This document shows positions 23,138-38,000 of a stretch of DNA of 64,000 nt, piece after piece. The notes beneath the pieces are model-generated. The model had not been told where the DNA came from. It saw only the letters and a list, made by a program, of their open reading frames with translations, and did no database searches. The DNA comes from Setoptus koraiensis (Eukaryota; Animalia; Arthropoda), in the NCBI GenBank assembly GCA_048013815.1, contig CM106586.1, forward strand, positions 2,604,001 to 2,668,000, read 5' to 3'. Both the position numbers and the translations under genes were made by a program. The first letter of the stretch is position 1. The number at the start of each line of letters is the position of its first letter.

Positions 23138-23698
23138 TCATCCTTGGATAGTTTCCAATTGTTTCATCTGTTTCTGGCGCCTCGCAGTTTGTAACTGGTG
23201 TTGCTTTATCGTCACACTCTCAGGTACCAGTCCCAATTGTTTGCAGCGTCTGCTTACGGTTCCTGTAGAAACGTTCAATTTCTGTGCTAGCTGTCTCAGT
23301 GAAAGTTGTGGCTCGTGTATGAGTAAGTACTCTATCTCATCGCCCATCGGTAATTTAGTTGACTTACGCGTACGAGTTTTATTCTCGACAGTACCCAGAG
23401 TTACACATCGCTCAAAAACATGTTTGATTGTGGTCCTAGAAGGCGTTGGACCATCTGGGTAATAGGTGGAGTATCTATCTTGAACATTCTTCAGCATACC
23501 AGTTGTCAAAACTTGGGCACGTTGGAAGTCACTATAGCAACTCAGCGCCCTGGTTTTTATTTCTGACTCTTTAAAGTTGAGCGACCCTTCAAGAGCTCCA
23601 CTATCGTCCGGTGCTTGCTGATCAAGCGATGTTGATGCTGTGGCATTCATAGATACCTGATCCCTACTCGATGTCTCCATAAACGATTGATCGGTCTC

Positions 23699-23734
<36 letters not shown>

Positions 23735-24946
23735 TTGTTGTTGTTGTTGTTGGTGTTGCTGCTGCTGCTGTTGGTCGTTTATGGGGATTTGAACATCCTG
23801 ACCTTCTACCTGATCTCTAGTAGTTGGCTCAATTCCTTGCTCTTGGTTTCCTTCCACGACATTAGTAGTAGATGTTGGAGGTTGATTGTTTGACAACATA
23901 GTAGACGAATCTTCAATAACAATAATAGTTTGATTGGGGTTTTTAGGCGTCAAAGATTTGGAAGACGGAGTAAATTGAGGCTGGAATTTTAATTGGAAGT
24001 GTATCTGACTTTGTGGATTCTGTTGCATGACTTTCTGGACTTCAGGGTGTTGCAACAACAACTGTTGGACGTGTAGTTGCATTTGCTCAGGCGATTGTGG
24101 TGGTGGACCATTGACCACAACTATTATTTGTTTTTGTTGTGGTTGACCGAAACGTCTATATTGTTGAGACTGCTGTTGCTGTGCATTGTGTTGATTGTTA
24201 CTAGTTCTTGGCTGAAATTGTCTCCCACCCGGTGAATTTGATTGGCCCGAATTCGCAAGTAGAGAAGCAGGATTTCGTGGAACTGGCTGAAGCAGGGGCT
24301 GAGGCTGTTGTAGTTTTTGCAAATATTTAACTCGCCGAAAATTCATTTCCATTTCATGTTTTAACATTTGTTGCTTATGTAAGTTTAGTCTCTGTTGTTG
24401 AATATACTTAAATTCGTTTTGGTGTTTTTCGCTTATGGCCTTTCTCATGGCATCATGTTGCTTCTTCATGGACACTTTATGACTGTTCAATTCCAACTCC
24501 ATAACACAAAAAGCATACATGTCCATTCTTTGTTTGGTGGAAAATTGTGATCTCTTCGACTCATTGTTACTATTATTATTACTACAGTTGTTGTTGGTAT
24601 TAGTGTTGACTGTGGTATTGTTGTTGCTGCTGCTATTATTGATGGTGTTATTATTATTATTGTTGGTGTTGTTGGTAGTGTTATTAATGTTGTTGCTACT
24701 GTTGTCAACATTTACATTACTCATACTAGCCGTGGTACCAAAAGTGTCATCCATTTTCTCCGTTTCATCATTAGCCATGGCCTCGAGCATCCTTTCGGCC
24801 TCATCGTCCGAATCGACCACGGTCGTAATAACGGTCGTTTCATTAGTTGTTGTTGTGGGAAAATTAGCAGGGTCATCATTCCTCTGGATTTCCATCTGGT
24901 GGTGATGCATAGAATTCACATCTGGTTGTGGCTGATCCATTATCAA
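23138..24946 (-). CDS. Q/N-rich protein with C-terminal Tc1/mariner-like tandem helix-turn-helix module (putative domesticated transposase DNA-binding domain), 602 aa
   Basis: C-terminus YSTYYPDGPTPSRTTIKHVFERCVTLGTVENKTRTRKST...EIEYLLIHEPQLSLRQLAQKLNVSTGTVSRRCKQLG follows the paired-like HTH-linker-HTH pattern of Tc1/mariner (DUF4817-type) transposases. The ORF stops with no DDE/D domain. PolyQ tract at ~23700-23772. Confidence 0.7.
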
Positions 24947-27900
24947 TAATATTAATAAAAAGTAACCCTTACCAGCCTATGTAGTCTAATCAGAGAACCC
25001 AGCAATCAATATTGTGAAGCCTATTATCGAGCTCAATTATAGATACCGAATGAGATGTGACGTCGCTTACGTAAAATAATTAGTAATAATACATTGTAAG
25101 ATTATTGCTAAAATAAGATGTACAACAATTTTCGGAAATTTTACCGCTTAATTTTCAGTTTTATGGTAATATTCCATAATGCATCATTTATACCAATAAA
25201 TGCACATTTCTTCTCAAACAGATGATATCGGCCACTGCGCATGTCTGCGCGCGAATATCAAATCTTAAAAAAAAAAAAATCTCGAACATTTCATTCTGCT
25301 GGACATTGTTTTTCTTGAGATTGTATCCTGATTATATTTTATTTTAATGAGAGGTTCTCGAGATTAGTGTTCAGGAAGATGTGGACCCGACGCCCACAAA
25401 GGCTTCACTACTCTGTCCCACCTCGTAACCTGGGCCTGCAAATACGTGGGAGCCGTTTCGAAGCCGATCAGCTCATACTTCATCAAAAATTCCCTCGAAG
25501 CCTACGAGTTGCCGTTACTTTACAGATTCTGCTACCAATTATAACTATCTGAGGGGTGCGTCTGACTTTACAAAGAAATCGAAATAATATATTATGGCTT
25601 GGTTTTTCGCACTTTCAAGCAGTCTACAGTGGGATCTTGAGTACATATAGGTGAATGTCTAGGTTTATGGATGGTTCAGGCCTGAGATTGGCCTCAGTTG
25701 AGAGTGCCGTTGAAGCATTGAAATTTTTGCAAATAAATATCATAGAGCCTACTAATTATGCCAAATCAAAAAGTTTAACACAATCATCTGAAACGGAAGG
25801 CATATTATTGCATATTACACTCTGAAGATGGCGACATGGTACATCAAGGAAAAGCGCCTCTCTAGCTCCCTGCCGCTCTCAAATGATCTAATCTGTTTGG
25901 TTTAGAGCTAATGATGTAATTGGTTTTGTACTAATTGTTCAATGAATCTTGCGCTCACGACAGCGACCAATCATAGACAACATGTTAGCGATTCAGATAA
26001 AGACTGAGATAGAAAATAACTGACTGACTGGCTAAACATCCATATTGCTTACATAAATATCGCGACATGTATGACGATTTGGACCATATCCAATGGCCAA
26101 CGTTGCTATGCATGCAAACTCAACAGAGGCATGTGCACACGATAGTGAGTCTGAGGTTGCCGAGGCCGCCGCCCCAACATCGAGAATGTATCAATCCATC
26201 CAGTCATGGGCGCACAGCGTGTACTTTTCGGCGTCATTGGCGAAAAGTATCCACAAGCGGGCTCATACTCTGTATTATATAACATATTTGGACTTTATTA
26301 TATTCATTCACTCATTTATAAATAAACGATACAAACAGCAGACTTGCGATCGAGTTCACTTGGTGTGTGTTAGCTGCTCATTGTTAATGTTACTCAGACT
26401 TCAATCTTGTCAAACTTTGTTTGCTCTCCTTTCTCAGACCCGCTAGCCAGCGTTTGTTGTCAAGCGGAATTGTTGTCTGTGGTTCTTTTTAGTATTAACA
26501 GTCTGTGAGGACTGGCTTCACTCCTATCGAGTAATAACTTTACTTTAGATATAACTTGCGTTGATGTTTGAGTCGGAGGACTTGGCGTCATCAGTTTTCA
26601 CTGCTAGTAATCTTAAAATTCTCAATCTTACCGCCATATCTGCCTTTCTCTAATTAACTTCTTTCTATGCAAAATGCTACCAACACGCTGCGAATTTGCA
26701 CAAGATCGGATTGCAATGTCAGAGGTCTAGCGGGTGTTTGTTTGAGGTGAACATAGACTATTTATATTGGTATACTTGCACACACGTACAATTCGCTTAT
26801 ATTTGGAATAGATAATATTTATAATCAGCATGCGATGGATACGAACTGATACAATATCATCTAATCAATTCAACATGATTAGTCAAATAGCACTGCCGCA
26901 TCAAGAGATGCAGCACGCACTTGTGAATCGATTTTCCAGGCCATAAATTAGATTGTAAACTGACAACAAATAATTTAAATTTTATGTTCGCTACAACAAC
27001 AACTACCATTCAAGCGATCATTTTATTAAGTGAACGTATTTTCGTACTCTTCAACACAAGCATGAGCACTGGTACTGTACGGCTCAATCCAACAAGTCAC
27101 CTAATATAGCGCGTAAATCGATAATCATCGAAGGTACATTTTGATTAGAGTATCCGTGATAGGAGGTACATTTCATCGAACCAGGTGAGCCACTTGTAGC
27201 ATAAAATCGTAAGCATCAATATCTAGGTCGACGTACAATCGACTAAGCGATACAGCCAGGTCATCTTTCATCGCATGTATCGCTGTCTAGATGGCTATTA
27301 TAACGAGATCCTTTGATGAAAGACGAGCTCAAATAGACGGGGCTTTCATATGATGAGCTAGAGGCGGTCGGAGAGAAGTATCTCGAGTAAGAGGCAGTGT
27401 ATAGCAACGAGATTGCATGATGGTTTATTCGGATCAAGTTCGAATGATAGTTGAAGCAGACGGCATCGACAGCATCATGTCTTGACCATTCATTCTATTT
27501 TTAGTGATATCTTTGGTAATTGGTAATCTATCTCGCGTCAGACCTTCTTCTATGCGGTTAGATCAACAAAACTTGCTTGGTTATTGTTATCCGACGACAT
27601 TTTTTCCAAAGTTAGCTTCGAATCCTCCAAAACTTGGATTGCGACTTTTTATGTCGCCCTTATCTCGCCATCTTTCATGATATGATTATTGGCGATAATA
27701 AAGAGGAGACCTAAAAATTAACTTCTTCTCTCACTGTGATGAATAAAGGTATCTCTAACATTAGATTACACATATATGGAATGTACAACCATGAAATACT
27801 CTTTCTTCGAAAAGTCCGTTCTTCGAACTGTGCGTCGAGGAAATGTAACAAAATGAAATGTACGTCGATAAAACGACCGTATCCCGATTGCAATATACAA

Positions 27901-29075
27901 GAATGACTCATTGTCGGTGAATTATCCGATCGGCCATCAGGCTCATATGGTCAGTGAAGGCAGTTGGGCCAGTCTCTATCAAGCAATCACAAATATTGCA
28001 AGAGAAAACAGATCGACTAAACCTTTTCGACATGAGTCTTAATCATTAGTAGTTAGTAGCATTTACGTAAATGCAACGTAAAAGCTATCTGATAATAGTT
28101 AAATGTCAGAGCATCGTCGTCATCAATTCCAGTCAGATTATTACTGTATACTAGCTGCACAACAACAACAAATTCCATTGGCTTTCCCGCTGAAGTCGCT
28201 ATGTGCACATCTACAAATATCAAGCCAAAATGAATCCATATGCTTGATGATTTTTTAGTGTTGCATGAGCATTTAGCATGGTGGCATATCAAGCAAATGT
28301 TGTTTGTCTGATGTTGTTGTGACTTGCATAGAGGGAATGAATGTGTAGATAAATGGAGCATGATAATGTGCATAGTTAGTAAAGATTATAGAGAACTGCA
28401 TAACTGCAACAAAAACAACCAAATTGTTGTTGCTTATGGCAGAGGTGGAACAAGAGGAAAGGTTGCGACAAATAGACACAGTACGGCCTTGTTGCGTCAA
28501 GCAGCGGCATATAGCGACATTGCGACTCGTCGTCAGTTATAAACATAGCTGCGAATGGGTATCGAAGTTTAAGTCCGATGCTGAGTCTTTGAGAAGTGCT
28601 TAAGCTAAACTTGACTAAGCTAACGACTTGATTCGAAAATATTCAAAATAGTTCCGAGCTCAAGTAGAGGCAGAGAGTATCTTGTTGTTGACGGTTACAC
28701 GGTCTGTAACAGACAACTCTAAGCAACAACACCACGAAGAAAGTTGGAGACGTGTGAGACGGCTAACGAAAACGCAAAACGAATGTTAGCTGGCAAAGAG
28801 AGAAACGTCGATAGACAAAAGGGCAACAAATAGCATCTTCCACATTGATACACACCAAGCGCGATGCAACAGATCCCAAATAATCTCCAATAATTATCTC
28901 CCATTTTTCTATCTATCCACAGCTGAAGACATTGATAAGCACTTACATTGTCATGCCATCTTGAACCATTTACATCGATATACTAGCTAGATGACAAGGT
29001 ATAGTAAACGATCGATCGATAGATAGATTAATTAATTAATCAATTAAGAAGCACATTGATAACAAGAGACTTGCT

Positions 29076-32000
29076 ATGGATACAAGCGCCTACAGAGCGG
29101 CTAGGGCCGACCAACAGCCAGCCGCACCTCTAATTGACAGTAGCAATATAATGGGCAAAAGTTTGGGGTTTGAGCGAGCGTCATCGTCAAATACAGACGA
29201 AGCCAACAAGCAAAATAATAGAGGTATTACGGGTAATACTAATAGGAAGCATCGCCTAAAACAACGTTTTAATGTTGTTAGAAAACTAGGAAAGGGCACC
29301 TACGGTAAAGTGCAATTGGCCATCAACAAAGAAACAGGCCAAGAGGTGGCTATCAAGACAATAAAGAAAACTAAAATAGAAAGCGAGCAAGATCTAATTA
29401 GAATAAGACGAGAGATACAGATTATGTCCAGTATCGAGCATCCTCACATAGTTCATATTTATGAAGTGTTTGAAAACAAGGATAAAATAGTGTTAGTCAT
29501 GCAATATGCTAGCGGCGGCGAATTGTACGAGTACGTCAGCCAATGCAAACTATTGGACGATAATGAAGCAAGAAGATTGTTTAGACAAATAGCAACGGCC
29601 ATTTATTATTGTCATCAGAATAAAATTTGTCATCGTGATCTTAAATTGGAAAACATTCTATTAGATGAGAGGAATAATGCTAAAATAGCCGATTTTGGTT
29701 TATCAAATGTATTCGCAAGTAGACACTATTTAAGAACATTCTGTGGTTCACCATTATACGCGTCGCCAGAAATAGTCAACGGATCACCGTATATCGGGCC
29801 CGAAGTTGATTGTTGGAGTCTAGGTGTGCTATTGTATACATTGGTTTATGGAGCAATGCCATTCGACGGGTCAAATTTCAAACGTTTGGTCAAACAAATC
29901 AGTGAGGCCAGTTATTTCGAGCCAAAACAAAAATCGATGGCCTCGCCATTAATTAGAAAATTGTTGACTTGCGATCCAGAAAAGAGAGCGACCATCATAG
30001 ATATTTGCCTAGATCCGTGGGTTAATGGTCATAATTTACATGATATGGTTGCCACTCAAAGTTTGCATCATCATTCGTTGCTGAAAGTGGCCGAAGATAT
30101 GGCCAATCTGACACCAGTTAGGTTCGATATTCTAGTCGCACTGGCACCAGTTTCGCCTCCAGCCACAACGGACGAAAACGATCAACAGCAGCAATCCGAT
30201 CTCCAACAAGTGATGCAGGCGAGCAATAACGATGAAAATATCGCAAAAATAGACGTTGATGATGCCAACCGCAAACGGGAGGTTATTGATCCTAGTGAGA
30301 ATATGATAAACGAAGATTACTATGCAAATGCTAATGAAACAAATGTCGACGACCAACAGTCTCAAGGACAGAAACGAATCAACAGCGAATCAATGTTGCT
30401 CGATTCGTCTGACCAAGGAGGCCAATTGTTGGCAGATAGGATACAAAATCTTCTGGCTGATAATCAATCGGGACCGTTGTCGCCCGCCGCCAGTTTTGTT
30501 GTGAGAACCAGCACCCAGGCAGATAATCATCAGCAACAATCTACTTTAGGTGATGGCCCCGAAATTTGCATGGATGCTTCGTCATTCGATGCAAATAACA
30601 GAAATATTAAACGAACTAGGATATCCAGCTCTTGCCAAGCGGTTGATCAAATGATGGCGATGTCCAATGAGAATATCAATGAACAAAGCGCCAATAATGA
30701 CCTCAAACAAACCAATAGCGACGATGAAGAGGATGCACAATCTGACAAGACGACAACAAATGAACAGCAACAGCAAAAGATTGAGTTGAGTTCCGATGTC
30801 ACTGTTGAGCCAATGATAATTCAGCAACACAGTCCAATTGTTCTTGATGAAATTAAAATAGTCACCAGCGAAACCGTTATAAATCTACCTCAATCCACTC
30901 CGGAGCCACTTGTTGTTGCACAGCAGTCGCAATGTGATGGCAATGATGATACAGATTATAGAGACGCAATGCTGCTGGACAACGAGCGTGAGTGTTTGCA
31001 AACTGCTAAAAGCAGGACCAATGACAAAATAAATGAAATAGAGGCAGGCGAGTCTGATCAAAACAAGCAGCTCGCTAACGAGTTAGCTACTAATCAACAA
31101 AATAGTGAGACGATTCACGACCAAACGAAACAACAGCCTGTGGGCGAGACACAAGTGATACAAATAGATGAAAAAGGGTTGAAATTGCAGGTAGCAACCG
31201 ATGCCGACGCCACTGAGATTGGGGGACAAATTGCAAAATCGGATGAAGCAGAACAGACAGCGCCAACAGCAGTGGCGAGCACGGGTGAGAAAAAGAAGGT
31301 GAAAAAGAAGATTATCGTTAAAAAGAAGAAGAAAGTCGCAAACAAAGAATCTGATTTGAACACAAAAGTTAATGATGATGCGACTAACAAGCAGCAGCCA
31401 GAAGAAAAAACAGATAATGCAAATGGCAAAAACAATGACAATGAGAGCGCAATAGGCAAACAACAAAATGAAACCTCTATTGACCAACAAAACAGTAACG
31501 TTCCAGCAACAACAGCACCCAAGCCACCAAAATCAACTAGCAGATCATCGCTGTTGTTGGGAAAAAGCGGCCCTGGTAAATTAAAGATACCAGAATCATT
31601 CAAGTCAGTTACCAAGGATGGTGATAATTCGACAAGTACCACACAACCACCAACGGCTGGCTTGGAACAGCAACAATCGTCGGCGCAATTATCGACGAGA
31701 AAAAACTCTATACCTGTTGGTTTTAAATCTATTGTTAATGTGGCCGATGTGACAAAAAAGATCATGTCACAATCGATGCCAAAGGCACAGCCTGAAACAC
31801 CAGCGAAGGTTCCGATTGATATTGGCGCAACATTAGTGAAGGTGTCTCATACGAAGGCCGTTTTCGAGAGGAGGGCCTCACAATGTCTTTCGCTCACCAA
31901 CGTAGCAGCATGTGATACACAAAACGATGCAGTCGATCCGGATCAAACCGTCGACGCTATGAGCGACAAAGAGCAAAAAATTACGACTTGCCCGTCCGAG

Positions 32001-35000
32001 TCAACCGACAACGACAAGCCGATATCGAATGGTCAAAACAGTAGCGCTGTTTTGGAGGATACAACGAACAGAAATGATAGCAGGGCCAACATTGTGAGTC
32101 CGACAATGTCTGACAGTGTTTCTAATGCCAGCGAACAATTGGCCGATTTCATCATTAACCTGGAGAAATTGAGAGAGGCAGCCGAAAATGAAAACGATTC
32201 CATTGAGCCTGTTGATTGTAAACCTATGACCAAAGGTGTTGTCACACTACAGGTGACCAGCAACAACGACGATGATGACGAGGACGAAGTTGTCGTGACA
32301 CTACCATCGCCCACTCGTTCTGTGTCACCATTATACAAGGTCAACACCACACAAGTCGATGATGATAATAAGGATAAAACAATGCCTGATGAATCGTCAA
32401 CCGACAACGAATTTTTGTCCATCGCTGTCAAAGACAAACGAAGCGACTCAATGGAAACTCTCAAAGCCGACATTGGTGCAATTGTCCCGATGACCAGTGT
32501 GCCCGTTGCAGAACACACTAATGCAACAATGGCACCAGCAATAGACAATAGTGATATGGTTAGAGTTGATGTGGATTATGATGTTGCGGGACATCAACAA
32601 TTACAAAAATATCAGGCAGTAGAGGAACCAGAAAAACGGGTCCGATCAACATTTCAGATTAAATTAGTGCCATCAACATCGAAATCAAGCTCTGCCAACA
32701 ATACAAACCAATCGTCCCCCAATTTATTATGTAATCAACAATCTTCGATGGACTCACTCAGTGGCAGCCAATTATCGGCTTCCGGTAGCCAAAAGAAAGC
32801 TCTGGCACCCATTGCTCGTAGTTATAAGAAGGTGACCTTTACTAGAGATGGTGCCTGCATTACTGAAACGGGCAAAATCTATTCGTCTGAGGCGAACGAT
32901 GGCACATTTACTCGAGTCGAACGCAAAAGTAAAATAACGCATTATCCTGAATCGCCCCTATCCTCCAGTAATGATCTTAACACTAGATTATCTGGTGGTT
33001 GTAATGCAAAGAGCAGCCTTGATAATGGCAAACAGCAACAGCCTTTCCCAACTCATTCAAGGAGCGCTGGAACAAAAGAGCCCCACATTATTCCTTTATC
33101 CTTTGAGGAGACAAACAAACCGATGATGCAACAAACAATTCAAAATCGAAACAATGATTTGATTAGGTCAGGTAGTGAGAGTTCTTGTTCCTCCGGTTCT
33201 ACGGATGCTTTCGATGACATTTTTGACAAATGGACGGGAGGCGATCAATTTTTCAATAGGAACTTTATGAAAATGAAAAATATGTTCAAATTGCCACCAA
33301 TTTCATTCAATCATCATTCGCCGTTTGCTGCAATGCCACCCTCACCATTTCACCACCCCAAGGATAATAGCAACACAATAGACCCATTTCAGCAGCAATC
33401 GTCCATCTTCGATGACGATGCGCCGGGCCGTGATAGTCACTCCAATTTAGAATCGTTATTTTCGTCGCTGAGAATGCCAACCATTAACACCGGAAGTAAA
33501 CTATTCAACAACATGATGAATAGCGGGGATAGAGGCAGCTCATTTTTCGATGATGATCATAATCTAGATGATGCCTTCGATCACCATTTCGATCATCACA
33601 ATGTGTTCAATAATACTTTGGGTCGGCGGCATAGCAGAAGAACGAGAGATGCTGGCAGTTCGTGGAAAGGTTCAACGCCATCGTTGTTCTCATCACAAAC
33701 GCCCAGACATCAGGATCACGACACCGTGAGACCGTCATCTGTTCAACAGCAATCGTCAACACAAGGTATTTGGCGATTCATCAAGCCAGGTCTCGACCAC
33801 GATCAGCTAGATAGAGAATTTCGTACTCAGCAACGACAACAACAGCAGTACAATCAATCGAGTGACAATGCAAGAGACCAATTCAACGCGGCCTCGCCTG
33901 AACCAATGAGGGGTCCCTTCTCAAGAATAATGTCTAGAATGTATAGCGACATGGGAAGCACTACGCGCAGGCGACAACCGCAGCAACAACCACAACAACA
34001 CCATGCAAACAATCAGATAAAATCAGAGCTTTTCATAAACATAAAACAACCAACCAATAACAAAAATGTCAATTTGAGAGCAGGCGCCCAATCCGCCGAT
34101 CTAGAGAATAGTGTTTATTGTCGTCCAACAGCAACCGGGGCCGACGGTAGCGTCACATCGGCAGCAGATCCCTTAAGAGCGTCAGGATTCAATTTTAAGC
34201 CATCTTTGCAACAGCACAGGCGTTACGACAACAGCAACAGTGAGATACCCCAACAACAATGTCAGTCTATTCCGTTGGATAGAGTTCCCACTCGTAGGAA
34301 TACCGTCGGACAGAAACCGCCTAGCGGTCGGACTGGACAGATCAATAATTTGCCATTGCAACAATCCAGCAGTCGAGCCTCATTAACAAATCGAATGTCA
34401 TCTATCAGCTTGGGTATAAAGCGAACAAGCTCAACTGGAAGCGATAATGGGGGCATTCAATCGGCAACTAGCAAACAATTATTTAGTGAAAGTGAGAGAA
34501 TGGAAAGCGATAAAAATGGTGCCTTGCTGAGGCAAAGGATGCAATCCATTCAATCGAGTGGGCAACAAACAAACTCCAACGACACGACGGAATGGCAACA
34601 GCATCAACAACAACGTCAACAGGTGAAATATTCAGCCTCTGGAGACAATCAGTCTTTTTGTCAGCAAAAACAACAGCAGCGACAGCAATACTTTTTTAAA
34701 GTGTCCACAAAGGATGGCCACAAACAACGTGATTTCAATGATGATGATGATGATTTATCACAAGCTCATTCGTGGCAACCCTCCGATTCGAGAGATCCAG
34801 CAGCAATACCATTGAACGAAGAGAGTTCCACGAAGCGAGTTGAGCATTGGTTGCGTAATTCAATGAATAATATCGGCGGACAACAACTGCCACAATATCC
34901 CGATAATGCAGACTACTATACCAATCAAGGAACTTCTCTACAAGGAGAAGACACACCCGGTACGTTTTATTATAATAATTCACGAACACCAAGCAGGCCA

Positions 35001-38000
35001 TCAGCTAATAGGGGCTACATGTCGGCAACGACGGACGATGATTATTCTAGAAATAATCCATTACATATGTATGCCACATTGGGACGAGATCCAAGTAAGA
35101 AAGCTAAATTGAGACAGCAGCAACAACAAGCTAGACTTTCGTCTCATGAAACCCAATTGTCAACTGGTGGCGGCAATTTGGATGAGCAACAGCAACAACA
35201 TCGAGAGCAATTGTTGATGTCACAAAGTCGAGCTAGCTCCTTCTCTCAGCGATTATCACAAAAAACAGCATCGAATGAGACCGAAGAGCAGGGACAGGCT
35301 TATCGGTTAGAGCAATCGTCGAGCTCGAAAAGAATGCTATCCACGAATCATGAGATGCAACAGACACTAAAATCAAGCTCAAGTAATAATCAAATTTTTC
35401 GTGTGGCCAGTAGTAGGTCGTCACAGATAAATCAACAGCAGCAAATAATATCATCGGTATTGCCACCGTCCGGAATGTTATCCCTGATGCAACAGAGATC
35501 CAATTCAACACTGGCCAATTCTGGTTCATTTGTCAGTCAATCGAGCAAATCGATTTCTGGACGACAATTGACCGTTAGTAGTGAACAAGCGATGATAAAA
35601 CAAAACAATGAAATACTACAGAGGCAACAACATGAGCAGCATAGGAGCAAGCTAGTTAATTATGTTGATGAAGACACAGATGGAACAAGTTTTAGCAGCC
35701 AAAGTGCCACTATTACTCTCAAACAAACATCATCTAGTTCATCATCGAAAATGAGACAACAATTGTTAGAGGAAATAGATGGCGAAGAATTGGAAAAAGA
35801 AGAAAAGTTCTTTGACCAACAACACCAATCAACAATGTTTATGTCCAATAATAATAACAGATCATCGTCATCAATCCGACAAGTTACATTGAGTGCGCCA
35901 ATCGACGGACAGACGTTTAAATGGTCCACATCGACACCAACAGTATCAGCAACATCATCAACCTCTGCCGCTGGCCAAATTCCAGATAATAATCTGGATA
36001 ATTTTAATGATGATGACAAAGAGCCAGTGTCTCTATTGGAACAATTGAGGGCTCGTGGTTACAGGTCAATTGTTAATCAACGTTTGTCTAGAAAAGAAGG
36101 GGAATCCTCATTTGTTTCATCATCGGCAGTTGAATCATCTGCGTCAATTGCATCATCGTCGATGATATCTGTCAATGCAAATCAGTTGTCAAACGAACAA
36201 CAACAGCAGCAGTTCCAAATGATCACAACAACGGAACAATATCAACAACAGAAACAACAACGGCAACTATCAGCAATTGCTGATTTAATGGTTGATCCAA
36301 CAAAAATTAGCGTAAGCCTACAACAATCGACAAGCAATGAGCAGCACGAGCAACAAAAATCAGTAGAAACTAGAGATAATTGTAGTAGTGCTTTAGGGCT
36401 GCCAAATCACATTGATAAGCAATCATCTTTATTAGACACCGCTAATGCTACCGAGGCCAAATCGTTAGATAATATGAATGATGATAATAATATAGGTAAT
36501 GTTGTCTTAGGGAGAACACATCAATTGAATGATTACAATGAACATATCCCACAGCCTGCCGCTTATCATTTTACCGCTTTGCATAACCAAACAACGCATA
36601 ACTACAAAAAGCTTGACAATTTTTCTGAGATGGCTAGCAATAGTTTGCAAATATCACGAAATATCTCCAATAAGGAGCAACAAGACGCTGGTGAATGTGA
36701 TTCTATAGTGATGAAATTTTCGAGGGGTAGCGCGATAAAAAGAATAGCCACAAATAAAAACTTAAATGAAATGTTGTTAATGATGAACTGCTTAGAGAGA
36801 AAAAGTGGCGACCGAGATGACAAAAAAGATTTCCAGAAGCCATTGAATGGACATGGAAATTCCATGATGGATAAAGAAAATGAGATGACTGAGGATGAAC
36901 AATCATCAGATCAAATATCAATAGTGAAAAATAGGGCTCCCAATAAAAGATCGTCCTCTTCTTCATCATGCTCGCAATCAACGTTACGAGCCTCACCTGT
37001 GCCATCTAATCCAATATCTGTCGCAACTATTAATGGCAACGATAATTATCTCAATGTTGTGAATAATGAGTTGCATGGTGGTAATTGTCTTAACGATTAC
37101 GGTGAAAATGTGTTGACCAACAATGGCCATTTATTGAAAATCGAGTCGACAAACAGTGGCGATGGCAGCAGCTTGGCAGCAAGTGATTGCTTGGATGACA
37201 AGCTTGATCGGAGTCTTATGTCCGTAAATAATAACAATAATCATAATAGTTGCAACTGCAATAAACAAAAGCACTACTATAATTGTTGCATGCCTCAATC
37301 AAGTGAGATCGCCACTAATCATCATGAATCGCATAAAAAATATAATGACAACACAATGACAATAGACAAACAAAACAATCAGATTATTGATATTAACGGT
37401 GATCAATCATCGACCTTGCTACCATTATATCCAATCTATTCTCATTCATATTTCAACAATCATTCCGATAACAATCCGGTGAACTCCATCAACAACAACA
37501 ACGACAACACCGACACCAACAATGACAATTCGATGAACCTTAATAGCCTAGATGGTGGTGGTAGCAAACAATTGGACCATCTATCGAATACTGAACCAAA
37601 TTTGATTAATCAACATTTGACGACAAGTATTATGAATGATGAAAACAATGATATTTTAATTGATGATGGAAAGGAAATCCAAGCTGCAGCTGCAAGGAAC
37701 GATCATTTGATTGATGATCGTTCATTCAGTCCTATGTTGTCTAGAACATATTTAGACAGTCAATTGAAACAGATGAAAGAGACGCAACAATTTTTGGAGA
37801 CGTTGAAACAACAAGAGAGATTGAACCTTCAACAACGTCAGGCAAACTATTTCGAAACTTTGAATTCGTTGGAAACATTACCTGGTGGCAGATTAGCTGG
37901 TGATACTACAATCAACTCATCATTATTTAATAATACCGTTAAGTCAACAACTTCGAATGACATCATCTATCCAAATGGACCAAGGTTAAAATTACAATCT

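Noticed and set aside
26067-26446. Relatively GC-rich island with two short ORFs and a 9-bp inverted repeat (tacttttcg...cgaaaagta)
   Set aside because: No protein family or element structure recognisable; may be regulatory sequence upstream of NUAK.
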